DNA of 64,000 nucleotides from Candidatus Latescibacterota bacterium (GTDB lineage: Bacteria; Latescibacterota; UBA2968). Both the position numbers and the translations under genes were made by a program. Positions 55,601 through 64,000 of this stretch are shown here, piece by piece. The DNA lies in contig OZ242010.1 of assembly GCA_965204745.1 (NCBI GenBank), positions 672,001 to 736,000 of the forward strand. The letters run 5' to 3'. Within the stretch, counting starts at the first letter, position 1. Every line of letters begins with the position of its first letter. The notes beneath the pieces are model-generated. The model saw only the letters and a program-made list of their open reading frames with translations, was not told the origin of the DNA and did no database searches.

Positions 55601-58600
55601 CGGTCACATTGGGCGCGTTGGCCGCCGCCACCGTGATCGTAAATGCCAGCGGCGCGGCGTCGCCATCCCCATCCGTCGCTGTCCAAGTGTACGCCCGCGC
55701 CGGCCCGACCGCTTGCGCTGTCGGCGTGCCGGTGATCTTCCGGGTCGTCGCGCTGTACGAAAGCCCGCCGGGCAACGTCGAAGGCGACAAGGTGTGGGTC
55801 ACCGTCCCGTCGCCGCCCGTCGCCGTGGGCAGGGTGAAATCTACCGCTGTCCCGGCGATGAAGTGCTGTGCCTCCAACCTGCCAAAGGTCGGCTTGGTGT
55901 CCCGCACCGTGTGGTCCGGGTCGTTGGCGATAGCGTGCCTGCCCAAGCCCACCAGTGCCCGTCGCGGAAAGGTGCCCGGAACAAAATAAGTAGAAAAGCC
56001 GGTGTTGGCGGTCACCGCGTCCGCGGCGATGCTGATGCCGTCGCCGTCGAAGTCCGACGACTGCACGGTGTAGCTGAAGGTGTGTTGAGGAGTGCCGGTC
56101 GTCCACGTCGCCGTGCGGGTGTGGGCGCCGATAGTGAGCGCCACCGTCGGGGGGTTGTTGTGCACGATCACTTGCTCGGTGAACGCGAGGCGAACCTCAA
56201 TCGCCTCGCCCGCGTCGTAAGTGCCGTTCGCCCCGGGGCTGGACGAGATGGTGACGCCAGAGATGATCGGCGGCGTATCCACTTTGTGGCCGGTGGCGGT
56301 GGCGATAGCGTGGCTACCGAGGGCGAGATTGGCGTCGCGCGTGTTCGTCGCGTCGCGCAACTTGCCCGTGCCAGTCAGGGTGAGCGCGCCCGCGGCGACG
56401 CCGATGCCGTCGTCGTCATCGTCTGCCGCCTGCACTTGGTAGCCAAAGCGCAAGGTGCTGGCGTTGGGCTTGCTGGCAAACGCCGCGCTGCGCGTGACCG
56501 TGCCGATAGTGAGTGCCAAACTGGGGTTGGGCGCCGTAACCGTTACCTCTTGGTCGAACTGCACATCTACGCTGATGGTCTCCAGCGCGCCGTAGCTGTC
56601 GCCGCTTCCCGGGCTGGAACTGATGGAAACCGCGCTCACCGCAGGGGCCGTGGTCACCGCCAGCGAAAAGGTCAACGAGGTCGCGTCGCCATCGCCGTCG
56701 GTCGCCGTGTACGTGTACGTCGCGGTTGCGGTTCGCGTGGTGGGCGTGCCGTGGATGCGGCGCTGGGCCGCGTCAAAGGAGAGACCTGCGGGCAGAGCCG
56801 GCGTCAAGGAGTAGCGACGGTTGCCGTTGCCGCCGGTCGCTACGGGCAGATATTCTGCTACTGCCGTGGCCGCCGGGTAGTTCTTGGCGGCTACCGTGGC
56901 GCTGCCAAACGAAGGCGACATGTCGTTCACCGTGCGCCCCGTGGCGTTGATAATGGCGTAGGCACTGAGGTCGAGCGCGGCGGCTTTCCTGTCGGCACCA
57001 TGGATGCTACCGCCGTTCAGGGTCAACGCGGCGGCGCCAATGCTGATGCCGTCGCCGTCGAAGTCCTGCGACTGCACGGTGTACCCAAACATAATGGCGT
57101 CCTCTGTAGTGAGAGGTGTGTGAGTCGCTTGGCGCGTGTTTTCGCCGATAGTCAGCGCCAGTTGCGGCGCGCCGGTCACCGTGACGGGCCGATTAAATGC
57201 GATAATCACAGAAATGATCTCACCCGTGGCGTAGTCGCCATCGAACGTTGGAGATACCGGGATCATTAGGCTACGCGGCCTCGGCGCATCGGCCGCCGCC
57301 ACCATGACGGTGAACGGGCCGAGCGTCGCCTCGTCGCCGTCGACATCCCGCACCGTCAGCGTGTGCGTGGTCGTGCCCGAAACCGTGGGCGTCCCGGTTA
57401 TGGTCGGAGTCGCGCGCTCCAGCGAGAGACCGCTGGGCAGTGCCGGTGACACGCTATAGGTCAACGCGCCATCGCCGCCCGTCGCCAAAGGCAACGTCGA
57501 GGACGTCTGCATATTCGGCGCGAGCGACCGGTTGGCGGCACTCGCGTTCTGGGTAAAGGAAGGCGACGTGTCCTGCACTCGCATCTTTCGGCTGGTCGCG
57601 TCGCCGTTCGCAATCGCGTGCGTTCCCAGGCTGAGCTTGGCGTTCGCGCCGTCGTCCGACGCCAGGATGGTCCCCCCGTTCAGGCTCAGCGCGTCCACTG
57701 GGACCGCGATGCCGTCGCCGTCGAAATCGTCTGACCGCACCGTGTAGGTGAAGATCAGTATGTCGTATGGATCGTTGTCCGTCGCCCGCCTCAAATAGGC
57801 CGTCGCGGTGGCGTCATAATTGGCCTTGCGCTTCCTGTTGCCGACGACCAGCGTGACCTGCGGCGTCCCGGTGACCGTCACCTTCTCGGGATACTGGACC
57901 AGGAACATTATCTCATCCCCGGGCCAGTGGTTGACTTTGGTGCGGCCGTTCACATGCTCCAGGCGCACGCTGGTACCCTCAATCGCCGGCCCCCTGGGTG
58001 CCCACACCCGCAACGAGAAGGTCAGGGTCACGGCGTCGCCGTCGGCATCCGTCGCCCGATAGGTGTAGGTGGTGGTGGCCGTGGCCGTGGTCGGCGTGCC
58101 CGCAATGGTGCGCGTCGAGGCCGTCCATGTCAGGCCCGCTGGCAACGTGGTCGGCGAAATCGAGTAGGTCAACGCGCCATTGCCGCCCGTGGCCGCTGGC
58201 AACGCAATCGGCGTGATCGCCGTGCCGGTGTCGTACAACTTGCTCTCGACGGTCGCCGTGCCAAAGGAAGGAGAAGAGTCGTTCGCCGTATAGGGCGGGT
58301 CATTATCGACCGCGTGCGTGCCGAGGCCGAGCACTGCGTCGTTGGCGTCCGCGTCGCGGATGGTGCCCCCGTTGAGCGTCAGCGCGGTGGCGGCAATAGC
58401 GAGGCCGCCGCTATCACTTGACTGGACTGTGTGGGTGAAGGTCAGCGCGGTACTGGTCTGGCTACTTTTGGATGCCTGTTGCGTGAACGTGCCGATAGTG
58501 AGGGCCAACCTGGGGCTGCCGGTCACTGTCACCGCCTGATTGAAATCGACCGTCACGGTGATCACCGCGCCCGTGATGTAGTCGCTATTGGCGGGCGGCG

Positions 58601-60425
58601 ACACGAGGCGCACGCCGGACACGCGCGGCGGCGTCTTCACCTTGTGGCTTGTGGCGTTGGCAATGGCGTGCGTGCCAAGGCCGAGCAACGCATGCCGGCC
58701 TCTGGCGCCGCGCAGGGCGCCGCTGCCAGTCAGGGTCAGCGCGGTGGCGGCGATAGTGATGCCGTCGGCATCTTGGTCCGCCGTCTGCACGGTGTAGCGG
58801 AAGCTCAAGGTGGTGAAGTTCTGGCTCAGGCTGTGGAAGGCGGCGGTGCGCGTGTACGTGCCGATAGTCAGCGCGAGGCTGGGATTGGGCGGATACACCG
58901 CGACAGGTTCGTCAAACGTCACATTCACCGCAATCGTTTCCCCGGCGTCGTAGGCGTCGCCGGTCGCCGGGGTAGAGGTGATGGTCACTCCGCTCACCAC
59001 GGGATGACTGCTCACCGCGATAGTGAATGTCTGGGAGATCGCGTCGCCATCGCCATCGGTCGCCGTGTAGGTGTAGCTGGTGGCCGCCGTGACCGTGGTG
59101 GGCGTGCCCGCGATAGTGCGCGTCGAGGCCGTCCACGTCAGGCCCGCTGGCAACGAGGTCGGCGAAAGCGCGTAGGTCAACGTGCCATCGCCACCCATCG
59201 CCGCTGGCAGTTGGTCATTCACCGGCGCGTCCTTTTGGTAGTACCTCGCGTTCATCGCAGAGCGGAAGGTGGGCGAAGCGGTGTCCCGCACCTTGTGCCC
59301 GGCCGCGTTGGCGATGACGTGGTTGCCGAAGCGGAGCGAGGCGTCCAAGCCGCCGGTTCTGGCGCGGATGGTACTTGGGTAGGGTCGTCCCAACGCGGCG
59401 ATGCTGATGCCGTCGCTGTCCGAGTCCTCTGATGTGATGGTGTAGCTGAAGGACAGGGTGACGCTGTCGGCGGCGATGCTCTGGTAGGTCGCATAGCGAT
59501 TGGCGTCGCCGATGCCGAGCCTCACGTTGGGCGTGCCGGTAACGACTACCGCCTCGTCAAAGACGACTTCCACCGATAGGTCTTCGCCTGCGATGTAGTT
59601 GCCAGTGTTCAGCGGCGTGGAGCTGATCCGCACCCGGCTCACCTGAGGCGCGTTCTCGTTCGCCACCGTGATCCAGAACGACAACAACGCATAGTCGCCA
59701 TCGGCGTCGCTGGCTCGTATGTAGTAAGCAGTTTGCGCCAGGGCCGTCGTGGGCGTGCCGGAGAGAACGCGGGTGGCGTTGTTGAAGGTGAGGCCGTTCG
59801 GCAGAGCACCCTGGAGGCTATAGGTCAAGGTCCCGTCGCCGCTGTTGGCCGCCTCCAGCGTCTCGCTGACCGAGTTGTTTTGCACAAAGTGGAGTACCGG
59901 GCCGTGGTATCCCCCAGGGGCGCCGAAGTACGGACGGGTGTCGTTGACCGTGTGGCGCGTGGCGATGGCGATGGCGTGACTACCGAGGGATAGATTGGGA
60001 GGAGTGCCGTTGGCGTCTGCGATGCGACCGCCGTTGAGCGTCAGCGCGGTCGCGGCGATGCTGATGCCATCGCCATCGTGATCCGTCGCCTGGACGACAT
60101 ATTTGAATTGCAGGGAGGAGTCGTTGGTGGTGCTGTGGAAAGACGCGCGGCGCGTCTGACTGCCGATGCCGAGCGCGAGATAGGGCGTGCCAGATGCCGT
60201 GTTCACCGTGAAGCGGGCCGAAGTGAACGACACCTGCACGGTAATGGTATCCCCGGCGGCGTAGGTATTGGCGCGCGATGGCGTGGACGTGATGCTTACA
60301 CTGCGAACAGTCGCGGCGGTTTGCGCCTCGGCCGGGACAGCGCATAACAGCGAAGTAATGGCAGAGAAAATCGCAAAAAATTGAACGCATCGAGCATGGA
60401 TGCTATGTATCGCACTAGCATCCAT
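28637..60425 (-). CDS. giant repetitive surface adhesin with C-terminal autotransporter-like barrel (~10,600 codons; three ORFs in this assembly)
   Basis: ORFs 48510-60560, 32641-48474 and 28637-32215 continue the same repeats across the breaks; signal peptide ...LLCAVPAEA|Q; ends GVMLQGHLNF; start at ATG 60425 (GAGG RBS) or 60560. Confidence 0.88.
30020..35150 (-). repeat. ~276-bp (92-aa) He_PIG-like Ig repeats
   Basis: LP.A.GGD..LTY.L.P.PSPGLTFDP.TRLLSGTP...TDADGD units, near-identical at DNA level over ~30270-34400. Confidence 0.9.
35185..35457 (-). other. fibronectin type III domain in the giant protein
   Basis: PDPPANLRAVAG...LMW...YEVRY...GLANNIEYMFYVRAVNAAGAGP. Confidence 0.85.
36600..50390 (-). 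repeat. ~38 near-identical plus 2-3 diverged 345-bp (115-aa) Calx-beta-like repeats
   Basis: Unit PTVSL.LS..SISEDGG...GDFTLS...LTIAAG.TTSSGTVTITAVNN..DEPNKSV...LTITDDEG; 345-bp period counted by eye. Confidence 0.92.
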
Positions 60426-60441
60426 GCTCAATGCCTCTCGC

Positions 60442-60470
60442 CGTAAATCGCTGTAAAAGAGCGATTTACG
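60442..60470. promoter_or_regulatory. perfect 11-7-11 inverted repeat
   Basis: CGTAAATCGCT-GTAAAAG-AGCGATTTACG; function unknown. Confidence 0.6.
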
Positions 60471-60471
60471 A

Positions 60472-60492
60472 GGGGGGGGGGGGGGGGGGGGG
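60472..60492. repeat. G21 homopolymer (C21 on the coding strand)
   Basis: 21 consecutive G at the 5' end of the giant gene. Confidence 0.95.
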
Positions 60493-60611
60493 TACGGAGT
60501 ACAACGAAAGGAAAGACAGCGCCGACAGGCTAACACCGCCCGCCCCTTTGATGTGAACATTCGTCGTCATCTGAACACTCGTTCCGCACAAACGCGCGGA
60601 AAATCGCGTCA

Positions 60612-60947
60612 CTACTCCGCATCTAACACGCGCTGAAATGCCTCTAGATCATCGACTTGCACCGCCGCACGATGCAACCGCTTGAGCCGTTGCAAATCGT
60701 CAATGACCGCAATGCGATCAGCCAATCGCCGCACCGCGCCCGGATGAAATCGAATTTCCAATGCTTCAAGGAGAAATTCAATGGCGTTTTCTCTTTCCCC
60801 TTGCTCAATGCCCTGCTCAATGCCCTGCTCAATGCCCTGCTCAATGCCCTGCTCAAGGAACTGTTCCTTGAATTGTTCCTTGAACTGTTCTTTGAACTGT
60901 TCCTTGAGGTATTGGGCAAATGATGATTCACGCATAATTGCGTCCAT
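60612..60947 (-). CDS. stand-alone Rpn/YhgA-like C-terminal domain protein
   Basis: AGGAGG RBS, then MDAIMRESSFAQYL-(KEQF)4-L-(EQGI)4-EQG..LEIRF..IDDLQRLKRLHRAAVQ; 12-bp tandem repeats at ~60797-60905. Confidence 0.7.
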   Translation of the reverse strand: MDAIMRESSFAQYLKEQFKEQFKEQFKEQFLEQGIEQGIEQGIEQGIEQGERENAIEFLLEALEIRFHPGAVRRLADRIAVIDDLQRLKRLHRAAVQVDDLEAFQRVLDAE

Positions 60948-61060
60948 AAGACCCTCCTGGACAATAATAACAAATATAGCAAGGGATGTCAAAGGATATC
61001 AAGGGTTTTGGAACGGAGAGATTAGAAAAAATTGAAGAGTGAAAAATCTGTCTGATTCAC

Positions 61061-61099
61061 AAAAAAAAGCGACCCAGATCTTTCGACCTAGGCCGCTTT
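61061..61099 (-). terminator. intrinsic terminator after carbonic anhydrase
   Basis: AGCGGCCTAGGTC-GAAA-GATCTGGGTCGCT followed by a T-run on the minus strand. Confidence 0.85.
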
Positions 61100-61122
61100 C
61101 ATTTATTTCCTACAACACATTT

Positions 61123-61863
61123 TCACTGCAACACAACCCGTGCGTTGGTCGCTTGAATCGGGCGATTATTGGGGTGTTGGATCGTGCGGGCGAACTTTTC
61201 GATTTGTTCCTTAGACGCAGAGACCTGATGTTTCATCACGAGCCAGCGGACGCCCTCTGTGCAGGGGGGCGTCGTCAGCGATCCGTTGAAACGATAGTAG
61301 TCGCGGTCCACAGGCAGAAGGTCCGAAGCGTCAATGAGGGACGAAAAAGCGTGCTCGTCTCCCGCGTGTTGCGGCATTTTCGCCCATGCCTTGGCCAGTG
61401 CCTCGTTGGCCTTTCCCTGCGTGAACAAGATCGCGACGACCGCCAAGTTTCCGTCTTTGTCGGCGTGTACAAGGTGCGCTTCCAGTGGAAATGATTTGCC
61501 GTCGAGGTGGTTTTCGCTCGGCGCGTGGAAGTGAAACTGCAAGAGGTGGAATGTCTGCCCGTCAACGCCGATGGTGCTACCCTCCTCGTAGGACACCTGC
61601 ACGGTGTGACCGTTGTTGGAGATTTTATCGCCGCCGGCGCGGTAGGCAAATATTATCGGCGCCAGGTCCGCCTCGATGAACTCGGTCAAATTGATCGGTG
61701 CTTGGTTCTCGCCCGAACACGCGCTGTATTGCGGGGACAACTCTGCCCAGTGTTCCGGGCCTTTGTCACCGGAATAGCTCCAGTGTGGAAGGTCGCCCGA
61801 ACACGCGATTCCCAACGAGGCCGCTATGCCTGCGCCGAGTATTGTCATTTTCGTGCTGGTCAT
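61123..61863 (-). CDS. cah: alpha-class carbonic anhydrase, predicted lipoprotein
   Basis: HWSY, QFHFH..SENH, EAHLVH, YYRFNGSLTTPPCTEGV; AAGGAG RBS; signal ends LGIAC. Confidence 0.95.
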   Translation of the reverse strand: MTSTKMTILGAGIAASLGIACSGDLPHWSYSGDKGPEHWAELSPQYSACSGENQAPINLTEFIEADLAPIIFAYRAGGDKISNNGHTVQVSYEEGSTIGVDGQTFHLLQFHFHAPSENHLDGKSFPLEAHLVHADKDGNLAVVAILFTQGKANEALAKAWAKMPQHAGDEHAFSSLIDASDLLPVDRDYYRFNGSLTTPPCTEGVRWLVMKHQVSASKEQIEKFARTIQHPNNRPIQATNARVVLQ

Positions 61864-61983
61864 TTTATCATCTCCTTTGAACGGGGGTTTGGGATCCCAT
61901 CTGCTCCAGCAAGGGGAGTGCGTCACAGAAACGCGATCTCCGCAATTCTTAGGGATCGGGTCAAAAAAAGAATTGGGAGCGGA

Positions 61984-63711
61984 TCAATATTTTCGGCAAC
62001 GATTGGTAATGGGCAATCGCCTGTCGCGGCCGAATGCGCGAGCCGTGATCTTGATGCCCAAAGGGGCTTGGCGGCGTTTGTACTCGTTGTGGTCAACCGT
62101 GCGGATAATGCGCGTGACCAAGGCTTCGTCATAGCCCAGCGCGATGAGGTCTTGCAAACTCGCGTCGTCTTCCACATACGCTTTGAGAATGGGATCGAGC
62201 ACCGGATAGGGAGGCAAGCTGTCCGTGTCTTTCTGGTCGGCGCGCAATTCCGCAGTGGGGGGGCGTTCGATAATGGAAAGGGGAATGACGGGCTGATCGG
62301 ACAGGGCATTGCGATAGTGCGCGAGATCGTAAACCAAGGTTTTGTAGATGTCCTTGATAACCGCGAACCCGCCGGCCATATCGCCGTACAGCGTGGCATA
62401 GCCCATGCTCAATTCGCTCTTGTTCCCGGGCGCGAGCACCAAGGCGCGGAACTTGTTGGCGAGTGCCATGAGCAACGTGCCCCGAATGCGCGGTTGGATG
62501 TTTTCCTCTGCCGTGTCCGAGGGCAGATCGCCAAATTCGTCGGCGAGCAGACCGAGGTACTGGTCAAACAGCTTTTGAATCGGCAACGCGAGGATGCGAA
62601 TGTCCAAATTGCCCGCCATCTGCAACGCGTCGTTAAGCGTGCCTTCTGAAGAGTATTGCGTGGGCATGGTCACGCACACGACATTTTTCGCACCCAGTGC
62701 GTCTCGGGCTATCGCCGTGACAAGCGCGGAATCGATGCCGCCAGACAGCCCGATAAAAACCTTCTCAAACCCGTTCTTCACCACATAATCGCGCGTGCCC
62801 AAAACCAACGCATCGTAGATGGTTTCGAGGCGATCAGCGGGACGCGGAGACTCGAGAGGCCGAAGCGGTGAAAGGGGAACGGATCGGGGGCGTAGATCGG
62901 GCAACTCGATGGCGATCACTGGGGTAACATCGCGTTTTTCCTTGCGCCGCCGCGAATCGTGCAGGCGATTGCGGAAAACCGTTTCCGCGTCGATATCGGC
63001 CACGAGCATGTCCTCCCGAAACCGAGGCGACCGCGCCGTGACGCGCCCTTCTTGATCGACCAACAGGCTGCCGCCATCGAAAATCAACTCATCCTGTCCA
63101 CCCACCAAATTGCAATACCCGAGCACCGCGCTGTTATCCGTGGCGCGCGTGGCGATCACCTGTTCGCGCAACAATGCTTTGCCATCGTGGAAGGGGGAAG
63201 CCGAAATGTTGATGAGAACTTCGACATTGCCGGCCAGTCCTTGTTGCCGCGCAGGGCCTCCGGGATACCAGATATCCTCGCAAACAGTGACGCCGAAGGT
63301 GACGCCGTTGAGGCGGTACACGCCAGCGGTCTTGCCAGATTGGAAGTAGCGCTCTTCGTCAAAGACGCCGTAGTTGGGCAGGTAGGTTTTGTGATACACA
63401 TCGATCAAGCGTCCGTCGCAAGCGATGGCCGCGGCATTGTAAATGTCGTCTTGCCGATCCACAAATCCGAAAACAGCGGCAATGCCCTGCGTGGCCTGAA
63501 CGAGTTCGTCCAGCACCAGGAGGTTGGCTTGGATGAACCGAGGCTTAAACAGCAAATCCTCGGGCGGATAGCCCGTGACCGCGAGTTCGGGAAAAACGAC
63601 GATATGCGCGCCCAACTCGCGTGCTTTGTGCATGTGGTCGAGAATTTTTTGACGGTTGCCCGTCAAATCGCCCACAGTGACATTGATCTGCGCTAAGGCG
63701 AGGCGAATCAC
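61984..63711 (-). CDS. nadE: glutamine-dependent NAD+ synthetase
   Basis: Nitrilase domain (FPEL, K..LPNYGVFDE.RYF, CED) plus GLSGGIDS and GYATLYGD. Confidence 0.97.
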   Translation of the reverse strand: MIRLALAQINVTVGDLTGNRQKILDHMHKARELGAHIVVFPELAVTGYPPEDLLFKPRFIQANLLVLDELVQATQGIAAVFGFVDRQDDIYNAAAIACDGRLIDVYHKTYLPNYGVFDEERYFQSGKTAGVYRLNGVTFGVTVCEDIWYPGGPARQQGLAGNVEVLINISASPFHDGKALLREQVIATRATDNSAVLGYCNLVGGQDELIFDGGSLLVDQEGRVTARSPRFREDMLVADIDAETVFRNRLHDSRRRKEKRDVTPVIAIELPDLRPRSVPLSPLRPLESPRPADRLETIYDALVLGTRDYVVKNGFEKVFIGLSGGIDSALVTAIARDALGAKNVVCVTMPTQYSSEGTLNDALQMAGNLDIRILALPIQKLFDQYLGLLADEFGDLPSDTAEENIQPRIRGTLLMALANKFRALVLAPGNKSELSMGYATLYGDMAGGFAVIKDIYKTLVYDLAHYRNALSDQPVIPLSIIERPPTAELRADQKDTDSLPPYPVLDPILKAYVEDDASLQDLIALGYDEALVTRIIRTVDHNEYKRRQAPLGIKITARAFGRDRRLPITNRCRKY

Positions 63712-63719
63712 GTTGTCCT

Positions 63720-64000
63720 CTAATAGTTGGCGTAAAAGAAATGGCGATTATCGACGATTTCGGCATTCTCGCGCAACGCGGCAAACCACGCCTCGATCAC
63801 CTCTTGGCGTTTTTGCGACAACAACTGCTGGGTCAAATCCCCTTTTGCCGACTCCAATTCATCCGCAGGCAATTTTTCATCCACGCGGAGAATATACGCG
63901 CCGAGATCCGTGGTGACGATGTCGCTGGCCTGGCCCTCGGTCAAGCGAAACGCCGCGCCGACAAAGGCATTGCGACTGCCCACGCCGAGGACAAAGCCCA
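63720..64000 (-). CDS. PpiD/SurA-like peptidylprolyl isomerase, 3' end only
   Basis: FVGAAF.L..GQ.SD.V....GAYILRV and W...LRENAEIVDNR; no start in window. Confidence 0.7.
   Translation of the reverse strand, partial: GFVLGVGSRNAFVGAAFRLTEGQASDIVTTDLGAYILRVDEKLPADELESAKGDLTQQLLSQKRQEVIEAWFAALRENAEIVDNRHFFYANY

Noticed and set aside
54444-57269. 941-aa plus-strand ORF
   Set aside because: Arg/Gly/Val-rich antisense frame of GC-rich coding sequence; no recognisable motifs

Overview
Bacterial chromosome window, probably from a metagenome assembly. The gene mix (DUF6785/6784-like transporter, PQQ-propeller, Gfo/Idh/MocA plus DUF1080, FCB-type ATP synthase, Rpn-like EQGI-repeat protein) suggests a Latescibacterota-like or other host-associated lineage; this is inference. 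Contents in order: a minus-strand rRNA operon (16S, tRNA-Ile, tRNA-Ala, partial 23S), xerD, metabolic and transport genes separated by many REP/MITE-like repeats and IS5 remnants, a degenerate IS5, the complete F1Fo operon (atpH frameshifted), a ~31.8 kb minus-strand giant surface-protein gene, an orphan Rpn-like C-terminal ORF, a lipoprotein alpha-carbonic anhydrase, nadE and a partial PpiD-like gene. The giant gene (~10,600 codons) encodes a signal peptide, 17 divergent DxDxDG Ig-like modules, ~40 near-identical 115-aa repeats, He_PIG-like repeats, one FN3 domain and an extended autotransporter-like barrel. It is broken by a 1-bp indel and a scrambled segment, both probably assembly errors. 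A C21 tract abutting a perfect 11-7-11 inverted repeat sits at its 5' end and is a candidate phase switch. All family assignments come from reading motifs by eye, not from database searches.
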